Assembly (NCBI GenBank): GCA_964016885.1
Contig: OZ024740.1
Span: 408,208,001 to 408,272,000 of the forward strand
Length of the DNA: 64,000 nucleotides
Reading direction: 5' to 3'
Source: Eledone cirrhosa
Lineage: Eukaryota
Positions 12,718 to 25,092 of this stretch are shown here, piece by piece (positions within the stretch are counted from its first letter, which is position 1; each line of letters begins with the position of its first letter). The notes under the pieces are model-generated. The model did no database searches and was not told the origin of the DNA. It saw nothing but the letters and a program-made list of their open reading frames with translations. A program made the translations under genes and the position numbers.

Positions 12718-13255
12718 CGGGTCACTCTTGAGTGCTACTGGTAACATGTAACCCAGTACAACCTGTCGCATGGTCGGGTCGTCGGTGACTAAACCGGCAA
12801 CCCCACCAAGTTGCTGAGGAGGGTGATTTTGGACACCCTGCAGGACAAAAAACAAAACCTGACAAAGGGCGGAAGAACTCATAAGAGTCAACGGCCATCC
12901 AAAAGTGTGTAAATATGTATATACACATGTACATATGTATGTATATGCGCGGGGACATAGAAATAGTCAGGCTGGACACCCGATCACGCGGTTAAACCAC
13001 TGGGAGTGAAGGACCCCTAGCCTTTGTCAGGACATTCTTCTAGGAGAAGGCAACTCAGGAAACTGGGATAACTCCGATATAAAACCTGCGGCTCAGTAGT
13101 TACCGATGATGTTTATCTTTTCTTCTTTTCGGGTTATAGCTACTGTTGCTCAGAGAGTGGGATTGGCTCAGTGCACAGTCTTTCTTCACGTTAAAAAATA
13201 TATTCATGCACAGGCATTGCATGGAAAATGGACATTAAATGATAATGATGTTGAT
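12718..13255 (+). mobile_element. Putative bipartite non-autonomous RTE derivative (5'-UTR-like part plus RTE tail, no ORF)
   Basis: GC-rich leader with ctaggagaaggcaactc and aaaacctgcgg motifs resembling RTE 5' UTRs; ends gcatggaaaatggacattaaatgataatgatg; flanked by TA runs. Confidence 0.5.
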
Positions 13256-13337
13256 ATATATATATATGAGTCCACAGTAAGTAAGGTATACATTAGTAGA
13301 GTGTAAACATCAAATTTAATATAGAAATGGCTGCTAC

Positions 13338-13422
13338 AGGACTAGAACTGTTTCATTCAAAAGAAATCATCAGTAAAGGGGCTTTCCTGATGATTTCTTT
13401 TGAATGAAACAGTTCTAGTCCT
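13338..13422. repeat. Perfect 36-bp inverted repeat (13-nt spacer) carrying a hammerhead-like CTGATGA...GAAAC...GTC core
   Basis: aggactagaactgtttcattcaaaagaaatcatcag (13338-13373) versus ctgatgatttcttttgaatgaaacagttctagtcct (13387-13422). Confidence 0.85.
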
Positions 13423-13617
13423 ATATTAAGCTTTATATAGCTGTGTGTATCTATATATATAGGTTATTCCGGGTTGAATCGGAGGTAACCACAGTAAGTA
13501 AGGTACTCAATACATAGCAGAGTATAAAAGTTTTAATATAGAAGAGCTTCTACAGGACTATATTAAAACTATATATATATAGTTTTAATATACTATTGTA
13601 ATTATTAATCACTTTGG

Positions 13618-13771
13618 TTAAGCAAAGAATTGTTGCTTTCACCCTTAAGGGGATCTTCTGAAACTAACCAAGGCTAGTTCATAAATATATATATATATAT
13701 ATATTTATGAACTAGCCTTGGTTAGTTTCAGAAGATCCCCTTAAGGGTGAAAGCAACAATTCTTTGCTTAA
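13618..13771. repeat. Perfect 154-bp palindrome centred on (AT)n
   Basis: ttaagcaaagaattgttgctttcacccttaaggggatcttctgaaactaaccaaggctagttcataaat(at)n, mirrored exactly; the arm sequence recurs at 27331-27370 and 51795-51868. Confidence 0.92.
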
Positions 13772-15096
13772 ACTTTAATCTGTTATTTTAATAAATATTT
13801 GCTCTACAGTTCTTATATATTTGATATATATTTATCCTTATCGAGCCCTCTTTGGATTTTAGTCTTCAAATTTATTATTATTACTATATATATATATATA
13901 TGCCTTGGTGTTTACATATTTAGACAAATTTTGAATTATAGCTTTCTAGAGTAGTGGCTAGGAAATTGAGATATTGTTTAGAAATGCGGGTCATTTCCCA
14001 CTTATATTCCACCCAAAATACTGTTATATTTGTTGTTATATTACCCCCACTACTGCCACTACCACTACCTGTTTATAAATTATAGTGTAGGTAGAAAAAG
14101 GGGAGACAATAACACAGAAGACTTTTACAGTTTTTTTTAGGAAGTAATGTAAAAAAGATATTGACATGTGTGTAGCTTGTTACAGTTACACCAATAATTT
14201 ATCGGAGAACAACTATGAATATGTTCTGATTTTACAGAAAGTGTATAACTTTTATCATTTTATAATTAATAATTTGAATTAACCTTATTGGAAAAGTATT
14301 TCCAACTATAAAATGAGTCATAAAATATTGCAATTATAAATAAATTAATAAACCAAATAAAGTAGAAAATCAATTTTTTTCAAATTCTGTAAACAAATTT
14401 GATGAAAAAAATTGGGGATGGTGGTGGAGGGGGAGGGGTGTCAAGAAGGTAAATTCAAAACTAAATGTGATAAAAACATTTCTTCCTCATTAAATTCTTT
14501 CTTCTTCAAGCAGTTAGGTTACTATTGTAATTATTAATCACTTTGGTTACATTTTTCTTACTTAACTACAAAAACACGTTTTCAAATGCATATATACATA
14601 CATACATTCATACACACACACAGAGACACATGTATAGACATAAACACATACATAAATACACATACATACTATATAGGATTATATTAAAGCATATATTTTA
14701 ATATATAAAAAAAAAATCAATGTTGATGATTAGAATTCAATGTTATGAATGAATAGGATCTAAACTTTTGGATCCTAGTTCATCCAATCAGATTCTTCTG
14801 CAGTTACTTCTTTATTTATAAATAACATATTCACCATTATGTAATGACACTAGCATTACAAACAACAGTTTTGTAGTGTTTTTATTTAAAACAAATATAT
14901 ATTAAAATAGTAAAGAGAGAGATTGACTACATAATTTTGAATATTTTTCATAAACATATTCTAATGAAATATTAAACATTCAATGTTGACAATGAAAACA
15001 AATAAACTGTTGCATGAATGTAAGAATTATTGATTTTTATAAGATGGTAGCATAATTATCAATAATTTTGAATAGAAAAATCACGTTAAATCTTAC

Positions 15097-15278
15097 CTTT
15101 GCATTGCAGAATCATCAGGGTCTAAAAGAGATTCTACAAATGATTTTGTACTGTGTAGTCTAGCCATAAACTGTCGATGCTTACTACTGTGATGGTTGTT
15201 GTGTAGCCCCTCTTCTTCTTTGTCTTCTTCAGACTGGCAACCTTCCTTCATGCTGCCTGAAGTTTCAGCTACACTCAT
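15097..15278 (-). CDS. Candidate first coding exon of an unidentified antisense/nested gene (exon 15412-15097)
   Basis: ATG with A at -3; 60 codons MSVAETSGSMKEGCQSEEDKEEEG...SLLDPDDSAMQ; consensus donor AAG|gtaag at 15097/15096; long T-rich tract and tttag|G acceptor at 15413/15412; locally CpG-rich. Confidence 0.45.
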
Positions 15279-17074
15279 TATCGATCAATAACAACACATC
15301 AATGCTGTAGATTGGCTGCAGAAATTTGCTGCTTTAGTTACAATTTAAGGCGGACAAAATCTGAAGGAATGTCGCAGTGATAATATTGATGTTTCGAACC
15401 TTATTTTACTGCCTAAACAAACAAAAAAACGGAAAAACAAATTAAAATAAAGTAAAATAAATAAATAAATATAATAAAGACAATTAAATAATTAAATAAT
15501 AATAAAATAAAATTTTATTTCTTCAAGTGTTATTTTACGGCTACTTTAAAGAATATATATTTACGAAGCAATGGAAATTGATTTCTCAACATAAATGCAA
15601 AGCTTCAGATTTATTTATTTTTTATTTGTTGTTTACTCAAAGAGGGAAAGGCAGTGCCCATAACATTTTTTGGGCTACCAAAACTGATGGGGTGGAGAGA
15701 GAAAAGTACCCCTCTAGCCAAAGACCTGATCCAAATGTTTACTAAAGTTACCAAAGGACTAGGTGGTGATTTTAAAACCTGGTGATGATAAAGAAATAAG
15801 CTTGTATAATGTTCATTCTTTCCTCTGTAATAATAGTAAAATAAAAGAAATGTCCAGCTTCCATAAATATTAAAACTACTTTGGCATGAACTTATGTATA
15901 CTCTAAGGAGAAATAGAAATGTATTTTTAGGATTATTGGATTGTTTTTGTTCTAATATATTTCTCAAGTTCCAGTTCAGTATAAATGCTATGTTCTAATA
16001 TGGGACCATGATAAAATGCACCCAACCAATACTGCAAAGTAGATGTGTTGGTGCCACAATAAAATGCACCTAGTACATGCTGTAAAATGTCTAGCATTAG
16101 GAAGGGAATGCAGCTATAGAAACCATACCAAAGTGGAACATATGAGCAAGATGTGGTCATCTGACCTGACTAGTCTTAAAATGTGACAACCTAACCCATG
16201 CATGTATGGAAAATAGACATAAAATGATGATGATGATTAGACTCTTAACATCAGCTTACTAATGAAAATAGTTTAATGAGTTGAATACTTTCAAATTCAA
16301 AACATAAAGGCAGTGCATAACATAAGAATTATTGACATGAAAGGGTTAAACTAAATACAAATTCAGATTATAAAGGCCATATATATATGTATGGTACCAT
16401 AACTCCTGAAAGTCATAGGGGTACCGTATTGACATACAGCGTTTCTTGGGCATTTTAAGCATGGTGGAGCCATCCCTCTCCAGGCCTGAGTACTACAGAT
16501 TTCTTCCAGAGAGAGGAAGAATCGACCCCAGAGCTAGCTTGGTGTTTTTTTTATTGACCTCAAAAGGACGAAAGGTAAAGTTGACCTAGGTAGAATTTGA
16601 ATTCAGAGAGCAGAGAAACGGAACAGATACCATAAATCATTCTATCCAACGTTCTAACGACTCTGCCAATCTGCCGAAAAGCCATGTAAAAAAATAAAAA
16701 ATGGTTGATTTATGGGAATTCAACCTGATATATCTTCCCAGATATTAAAATGTTCTTTTAATAGTCTAATTGATATCATTGTCACCTGAACAAATGCACA
16801 AGAGACACAGATAAAGGATTATTAGTTCAACTTGAGGAGTTTCACTATAATTTTACACACAGTCATATATATATATGTATTAAACTAAGATTTGATTATT
16901 TTAACACTTTGTATCTCGGCTCTGTAAAACACTTGATAATTTACATTGAGCCTTTTATCCTACCAGTAACCGGCTAGTACTTAGTACTACCCTCCATATT
17001 TATAATTGTATATTAAACATATATAAGTATAAATATTATTACTATACACCACTCCTCTCGATGTAAAGCTAGTT

Positions 17075-17762
17075 GGTACCACAACATCCAGTCCTAAATA
17101 AATGAGGTCGTGTAGGTGTCACGACAAAAAAAAAAAAAACAGTCCACGCTGTAATGTGGCCGTGTAGGTAACACGGTAAAAACCTCCCAGTCCACACTGT
17201 AAACGTGGTTGGTGTTAGGAAGGGCATTCAGCCATAGAAAACCTACCAGACAGTCCTACATGAGCAAGACAACCAATCTTGCCTCAAGTGGGACAATTCC
17301 TGTCTAAACCCATGCTAGCGTGGAAGATAGATGTTAAACGATGATGATGATGATGTATGTATGTATATATACATGTGGAGAGATGCTGTGCTGAATAGGA
17401 CCCATCCCACCCTTGCAAGCAGGCAGGGAAAAGTGGACATAAAATGAGGAGGATGATGATGATATATATATATATATATAATCAGACTGGGTGATGTGTT
17501 GTTTCCTTGAGCAAGACACTTTATTTCACATTGCTCCAGTTTACTCAGCTGTAGAAATGAGATGATAGGGACTGGGGTCCCTATCATTCCACTGCAAAGT
17601 GGTCGTGGAGGTGCCACGGCAAAAAAGCGCCCAGCATTCACTGTAAATGACGTTGGTGTTAGGAAGGGCATCCAGCTGTAGAAATCAAGCCAGCATCAGT
17701 TCCCGTCCCACCCTTGCAAGCAGGGAAAAGTGGATGTAAAATGAAATGATGATGATGATGAT
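17075..17762 (+). mobile_element. RTE-A 3' UTR copy followed by a tail fragment and a 5'-truncated CORE SINE
   Basis: Same motifs as above, each ending in (GAT)n next to (TA)n. Confidence 0.75.
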
Positions 17763-18679
17763 ATATATCATTATCATCTTTGTTTAGCATCCACTTTCCC
17801 TGCTAACAAGGATTGGACATGCTGTCACAGACCGTTTTATACTTGAACATATCCTCTCACCTCCTAGTGGGCCATGGGCCTAAAATACGATCCCACATTC
17901 TACTCAGTGCGTTTTATCATAGCAACAACACTAGGGAAGTTGATATTGTCTTTGGCGTAGCTGAAGAGTCTTCTTGACCCTTTTTTTGGCAGGTTTCCTA
18001 TGGCTAAATTCTCTTCCTATCACCAGCCACTTTATAGAGTGTACTAGGGGTTTTTAACATGTAAATCCCCAGCACTAGGGAGGTCATAATATCTATTACA
18101 CAGCTGAAAAGACCTCCCAACTCTATGTTTGACAAGTTTGACAGTAGGGTGCCCTTCCTGTCACCAACCACCTTACAGAACATACTGGCTGCATTTACCC
18201 CACCTCAACAAACACCATATATGCACATACATATGTACTTGTGTTTTACACCTGAATTACTGTTTAAATGTAAGAAACTCAGAGTAGTGAGGAACTAAAT
18301 TACCAGAATCAAACAAGTATACTCTACTACATGTATTAAGGATTTCATCTCAACACATACATATGCACACGCACCCATATATGTAGTATAGTTTATATAT
18401 TATTTTAATTTTAAATTATCATGATGCTGATAATATATATCACATCATCATCACTGTATAATGTCTATTTTCCATGCTTGCATGGGTGAGAGAAGTTGTC
18501 ACATTCAGGTGACCATATCTTGCTATAGATATTTGTATATGTAGAGAGAGGAGAGATTCTTTGTACTTGGCAACTGATTTGTTCTGAATACATGTGTTAA
18601 AGTGATATCTTGGTAGAGTCATGTTGTTCATATAGATATACATACACTTATATTTGTTTATGCTATTATTATTACTGTT

Positions 18680-19195
18680 ATGGTCTGAGTTCAAATCCCG
18701 CCAAGGTTAACTTTGCCTTTCATCCTTACGGGGTCGATAAAATAAAGTACCAGTAATTGCTGGCCTTGTGCCAAAAGTAAAAACAATTATTACTGTTATT
18801 GGCAATGGATTGGCAGAATCGGTAGAGCGTCAGGCAACATGCTTAGCAGTATAGAGTTATGGTCCGAGTTCAAATCCCGCTGAGGGTAGCTTTGCCTTTC
18901 ATCCTTACGGGATTGATAAAATAAAGCACTAGTAAGTACTTTCGCCTCCCCTTTAAATCGCTGGCCTTGTGCGTAAAGTAGAAAAAATTATTACTATTAT
19001 TATCTTTAGTATTTCAAATGTGAGGTGAAAGTAGTGTATTGGCATTTGATTCAAGTCTTTACATTCTGAATTCAAATAAGCTTTCATCTTTCCAGGATTG
19101 ATAAAATGAAATACCAGTCAAGTACTGGGGTTGATTTAATCAACTTTCTCCTTCCCCAAATTATCTGGCCTTATGCCTAATTTAGAAACCATTAT
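18680..19195 (+). mobile_element. Three head-to-tail tRNA-derived SINEs (Meta-domain-like family)
   Basis: Repeated gagttcaaatcccgc, ctttgcctttcatccttacggggtcgataaaataaagtaccagt and ggccttgtgccaaaagtagaaacaattatt. Confidence 0.75.
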
Positions 19196-19449
19196 TGTTT
19201 CAAATGTATGTATGTATATTCTTCTGGTTTTATAATTTCACAAATTTTTTCCCAATAGAGAGAGAGTCGGTTTCTAGCATAGACACAAGACTCTCATTGG
19301 AATTTACACTACATCAACTAGGTAGATTATGTATGCATGCATGTGTAGATTGGATGTTATTGTATGTGTGGATGAGGATGTTTTGAGTTGTATGTGTGCA
19401 TGTGTATATGCTTTGTATCTGTACATGTGTATATGCAGTTATTAGATGC

Positions 19450-19836
19450 AACATTTTTGGAATGTTTTACATATTTTTACTGTTCCATTAATGAATTGTA
19501 GTTGTAATTTCCTAACTAGTTGTGTTCTTTCTGTTCCTGTGAAGCCTAGCTTCTCAAGATTTGTATTGAGGCAGTTACTAACATATGCCAGTACCCCAAT
19601 AATCACAGGCATAAATCTGCAGGTGTAATCAGGGTGGAGTATCTACAGATTTCTCATCAGTTCTGCAAAAATATTCTCCTTTTCGCTAATCTTTGATATT
19701 ATATTGGCATCTGCTGGGCAGCTAATTTCCACTACTGTGCATGCTTTCTTCTCCCTGTCCCATATCATAATATCTGGTCTGTTATGCCTGCATTTTATTG
19801 GGGTTTTTACTGGAACATTCCACCAGTACTCTTTCA
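19450..19836 (-). mobile_element. 3' fragment of an RLE-type non-LTR retrotransposon (R4/NeSL-like restriction-like endonuclease)
   Basis: HNRPDIMIWDREKKACTVVEISCP...KISEKENIFAELMRNL followed by PVIIG, the PD-(D/E)xK RLE signature. Confidence 0.85.
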
Positions 19837-20989
19837 TATTATGTACATTATATATGTATGTATGTATGTATGTACTTTTATATATATTTGTTTCAAATGT
19901 ATAAATATTTAAGTATCAAAGTCTTTCATTGTACTTTTATAACCTGATCACAGATACTCTATATTGCTAAACCTGTTAAAAGCTAATTAATTGCTGATTC
20001 TTATTGATTAGCTCGGCCATTATTGTTTTTATTATTTGAACCAGATCATTGGTTCAAGTAATATCTGTGTTTGTTATAGAAACATATTTTCCTTGTCTAT
20101 TCACTTCTACTACCTTTTTTTAACACTTTCATTTTCATTTTTTTTTTTAAAATATACTCTATTTCAAATACTTAGTGAAGAATTTTGAAGGATTCACTTA
20201 AATTATTTATTTCATTATGAAGATGGTATTTGTAGTATAACTTAGAAAAGGTCCTCATATAAAATTATATTGAAAGATTTTAATTTAAATAGGAATGCTT
20301 TAAAATGGGTGATTTTTGTTTCGTAGAAATTGAGATGGTTTTAAATAGGTTGACATCAAAAAGGTGAAGATAATCTTTTCCATTGAAATTGTGCCAGAGG
20401 GAAGTCTGAAATGAAAAGGTATTTGTTAATCATTTAACATTCCCAAATTCAAACCCCACTGAAGTTGACTTCCTCTTTTCACTTGAGGTTTGATAAAATA
20501 TTTACTAGTTATCTGGCATTGATTCATCAGTTCTAGCCTTGCCTTACAATTGTGTTGCCTTCCAGAAATACCAATGTATATTTTCTAATTTGCACTGCTT
20601 AAACATAACAATGGCTGAAGAGACAAAGTGTTAAACTCTTAGTTGAGAACTTGATACGTTGTAACCTTTATCTATTCTCTAATATGAGACTTTTATTTTG
20701 ACATTTAACATTGGATTTTCCATGCCCTGTGGACCTTGCGTCAGAGCTACAAAAATAAGCAAACATAAAATGCTGTCACTATCTAAAAAAAACTTTTTTA
20801 AGTTTTGAGGATTTACTGTGTCAAAATGTAATCTTTCATGAAAATTAAAATATGGTCACTTGCTCTTCTGCTATCCTTCACCCTTGCTCATATCACATAC
20901 CTTTCTTAATTAACTAGTAAAAAAAAAAGAAATCCATATGATGGATAAGATTAAAGAGGAAACAAGCTGAGTATGAAGGCATGGTTGGT

Positions 20990-21322
20990 AAAGGTAAACA
21001 CCCCCTTTGGTCATGAATGACCATGGGATTTGCACTTAGAAAGTTTCCCTCCAACGCACACGTCCAAGCAAAGTTGTTTGTGGAAGACCAACAGTCGCCC
21101 ATGCATACCAGTCCCCCTTCTCTATGCCACCAATGTTGTCCAAGGGAAGACAATGGCCAATACAGCTTGGCACCTGTGTCATCGCAACTCACTTCTACAG
21201 CTGAGTGAACTGGAGCAACATGAAATAAAGTGTCTTGCTCAAGAACACAATGCAAAGCCTGGTCTGAGAATCAAACTCACAACCTCACGATTGTAAGCCC
21301 GACGCTCTAACCACTAAGCTGT
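20990..21322 (-). mobile_element. tRNA-CORE SINE with a third type of tail (tttacc repeats)
   Basis: Head gcttagtggttagagcgtcgggcttacaatcgtgaggttgtgagtttgattc, CORE, tail ggtcattcatgaccaaagggggtgtttacctttacc. Confidence 0.75.
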
Positions 21323-21639
21323 CGATTAAATCATCATCATCATCATCATCATTTCATTTTACGTCCGCTTTTTCCCTGCTTGCAAGGGTGGGACGGGAAA
21401 ATAATTAACTATTTTACTAGATCAATAAACGGTAAATAACTAGAGTGAGGTATGTGACATGAAACAAGTGGCAATTGTAGTTTTGTCTAATTTCATAGGC
21501 AATAGGAGTTCCAGTCCAAACCTTGAGAAAATAGTACAATTGGAAATGTTGACTCATCAAAATATGTTAGTAAGTGTTGTGCATATTTGGGGTTAATACA
21601 TGTTAAAGCCTACCATATTACATAACTTATTTAAATAAT

Positions 21640-22530
21640 TGTTTCTACTTTTGGCACAAGGCCAGCAATTATCCCAGTGTATTACTGTTACTTTATTTTA
21701 TCGACCCCGTAAGGATGGAAGGCAAAGTTAACCTTTGACGACGACAACGATGATGATGATCATGCCTTTTATAAATACTAAAGAATTTCCTTGAGCAAGA
21801 CACTTTATTTCACATTGCTCCAGTTTACTCAGCAGTAGAAATGAGATGATAGGGACTGGGGTCCCTATCATTCCACTGCAAAGTGGTCGTGGAGGTGCCA
21901 CAGAAAAAAAGCACCCAGCACTCACTGTAAATGAGGTTGGTGTTAGGAAGGGCATCCAGCTGTAGAAATCAAGCCAGAATCAGTTCCCGTCCTTGCAAGC
22001 AGGGAAAAGCGGACATAAAATGATGATGATGATGATGATGGTTATAAAATAGAGATTTATATGATTAAATAATAAAGTAAAGAGCCAAAACAAACATTGC
22101 AAAGCATTTTGTCCAACACTCTGATTCTGCCAATTTGCCACCCTTGTACTTGCCAAAATAATGTTTTCTGATTTAGGCACACGGCCAAAAATTTTGGTGG
22201 GAGGGGAAAGTCGATTAAATCGACCCCGGTGCATTACTGGTGCTTTATTTTATTGACTACATAAGAATGGAAGGAAACGCTAACCGTAATAGGATTTGAA
22301 CTCAGAATGTAAAGGGACATAACTCTATACTGTAAAGCATTTTGTCCGACTCTGCCAATCCACTACTCTTGTACTTGCCAAAATAATGGTTTCTTATATA
22401 GGTACAAGGCCAGCAATTTGGGGGAGAGGGTGAAGTCGGATTTGAACTCGGATCATAAAGGGCCGTAACTCTATGCTGCAAAGTATGCCGTCCGGCCCTC
22501 TACTGATACTTCCAATCTACCTCCCTACTT
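21640..22530 (-). mobile_element. Cluster of Meta-like SINE copies (-) interrupted by a CORE SINE fragment (21787-22040, +)
   Basis: Family motifs repeated; repeated tacttgccaaaataat junctions. Confidence 0.7.
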
Positions 22531-23007
22531 GCCAAAATAATAAAAATGATATTTGTCATTGACTAATATTGCTTTTTCTTCTGTAAATAGTTATTGTTAA
22601 TTAGCTTTTTAAAGCCCACTGTATTAAATATGTTAACACTAACTTAATTATTGTTTATCATGTGGATGTTGTCTCTGAGTGAAAAATGAAATGCCAATCT
22701 CATTTCATGGTTGGGTTGTTAACAAAATGAAATGCATGTGGCTGTAAATATTCCTTGACAATTCATATGTAAACATTAATATTGAAATTAAGAAAAACCA
22801 CTTAACGCATGCTTCAGCATAAGAATAGAAATTTAGAATTGTAAAACATAATATAAATAAAACTGATGAAATAAAACAAAAGTCATAAACGAATATCTCA
22901 GATGTGAACATGGATAAACAGTGATAATGACTTTGGAAGTAACTACAACATTGATAAGGATACTTCCCATGAAGATAACATAACAAACCATTATTTGTAA
23001 ACTAGTC

Positions 23008-23192
23008 GGTGGATTGGCAGTATCGGTAGAGGGTCGGACGCCATGCTTTCCAGCATAGTTACGTCCCTTAACGATCTGAGTTCAAATCCCGCCGAGGTTG
23101 ACTTTGCCTTTCAGCCTTACGGGGTCGATAAAATAAAGTACCAGTAATACACTGGGATAATTGCTGGCATTGTGCCTATTGTAGAAACAATT
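23008..23192 (+). mobile_element. Full-length Meta-like SINE with TSD
   Basis: TSD attatttgtaaactagt on both sides. Confidence 0.85.
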
Positions 23193-23264
23193 ATTTGTAA
23201 ACTAGTTAACTTTGCTATAACAATATTCTCAGTGTATCTGTGTGCACATATGCATATGTGCATG

Positions 23265-23298
<34 letters not shown>

Positions 23299-24448
23299 CA
23301 CAATATTTGGTAGACATTTTTTGAAAAAGTCCTGTATACCATTTAGAAGCTTCTAAATTTATCTTTTTGCTAATAAATCCTTAACTACAATGAACTCTCT
23401 AATTGGAACTGAGCATTTTTTTAAATTTGGAATTTTTTTTTTTAAGAATATGTACTAATTAATTTTGTTTATCTAAAATGTATAACTATTATCTATAATT
23501 TACTGTACATTTTATATATATCCAGATTTATCTACACATAAATTCTTATTGGTTATCTAACCATGTTAAGCTACTCTATAAGCCATTAAATATTTATATG
23601 GTTCAGAATCAAGAATCTGAATAAGGAGTGTATTTTCTCATTCCAGTGAAAGTTAATTAATGCAATTCTAAATCAACACACACTGAATATTGTAGCTACA
23701 GTTGCACCAAAATTTTCACTGCATTACTAACAAACTATATTATAGAAGAAAAGCTGTTTCTCTGTCTGTCTGTTACACATATATGTAGGAGTGAAAAGGG
23801 GAGGAACCCTCTTTTTTAAGTTGAGAGGACAAGGTAGATAATTTTTATGATGCTTATTGCAAACTTAAGAATTTACATGTTAGAGGTAATAAAGTAGAGA
23901 TCTGTAGGGGTGAAGAGCCAGTGGGAAGAAGACACCTAGTGTTTTTAATAGTTAACTCAGACTAAAGCTGTTAGTAAACCCTTCTCCCAGCTTTAATTGT
24001 TTATACTTTAACACATTCCCATTAAACAAGTTCTCATTAGTTCTATCCTGTATCATATGAGAATTCATTTAGCAAAAAATCCTGTCTCTAAAGATTACCT
24101 TAATTTAATCACCAAATTCAACCTACACAACAACACATTTAGAAATCAAGCTATAAAATCACTGTCTGTTTTTAAAATTTATGGTATTTTAACAACAAAA
24201 ATATAAACTTAAAATGTTTTTTAAAGTCATGCCAATATTGAATTTCCCTGTTCCTAATGATTAAACTTGTGGATCACAGAAGTTAAAACAATTTCATTAT
24301 ATAATGGCTACCTTTTCAATTATATTATAAAAACACAAACAGAAATTACAGAGACTGAAATATATAAAATGTACAGTACATAACCAGTACACTCTGATCG
24401 TAAGAACTTCAATCCCCCTGACACAACCACCCCCTATCTGTTCCTTAC

Positions 24449-24567
24449 TAGCTTGTCACATTATGACATATATCACTAAAAATATTGTTCCAAGCGTTAA
24501 CAACAATTTGCCTCCCATTCACTGAATAGAGAAAAATACAAACAGTTCCTAATAATTGCAGCAACAT
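24449..24567 (-). CDS. Candidate signal-peptide exon of an antisense gene (uncertain)
   Basis: MLLQLLGTVCIFLYSVNG-RQIVVNAWNNIFSDICHNVTS; hydrophobic leader with V-N-G cleavage-like site, NVT sequon, donor TA|gtaagg. Confidence 0.25.
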
Positions 24568-24749
24568 TACTACTTTTATATAGTTGATAGTGGAATATTG
24601 ATAACTATTGTTGTTTGCCAGACATTCAGAATTGTGAATTTTAAACAAATCATATCATAAGGCTCTATTGTAAATAAAGTCTATACTTTAGAAACATGTA
24701 TTGAGTTCTCAATTTCTCAGTTGTATAGACAAACATTCCATTATTTTTA

Positions 24750-24787
<38 letters not shown>

Positions 24788-25092
24788 GTGAAAGATTGAA
24801 ATAAAACCCTTTTTGTACAGCCGACCATGTTATTCTTCAATCTTTCACTATTATTACTCCAAGAATAACCTGCATAGGACTTCTCGCGAACTCGCTACCT
24901 AGCTATGGAAATCTCTTGTTGAGTCAAACAAAGCCGTACATTAAAACTATCCACAATACCGAGTACTCACAACCTCTAACTGGATTACCTATAACGATAA
25001 CTTGTTATCCCATATATATATATATATCTTTGATAACTTTCAGCCAGTATTGACCTAGGCCATGTCTAACTTCATAAATATATATATATATA

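Noticed and set aside
24449-24567. Resemblance of IVVNAW to aspartylglucosaminidase (LVVNTW) or alpha2-delta N-termini
   Set aside because: Too short a match, and no downstream exons with diagnostic motifs were found.
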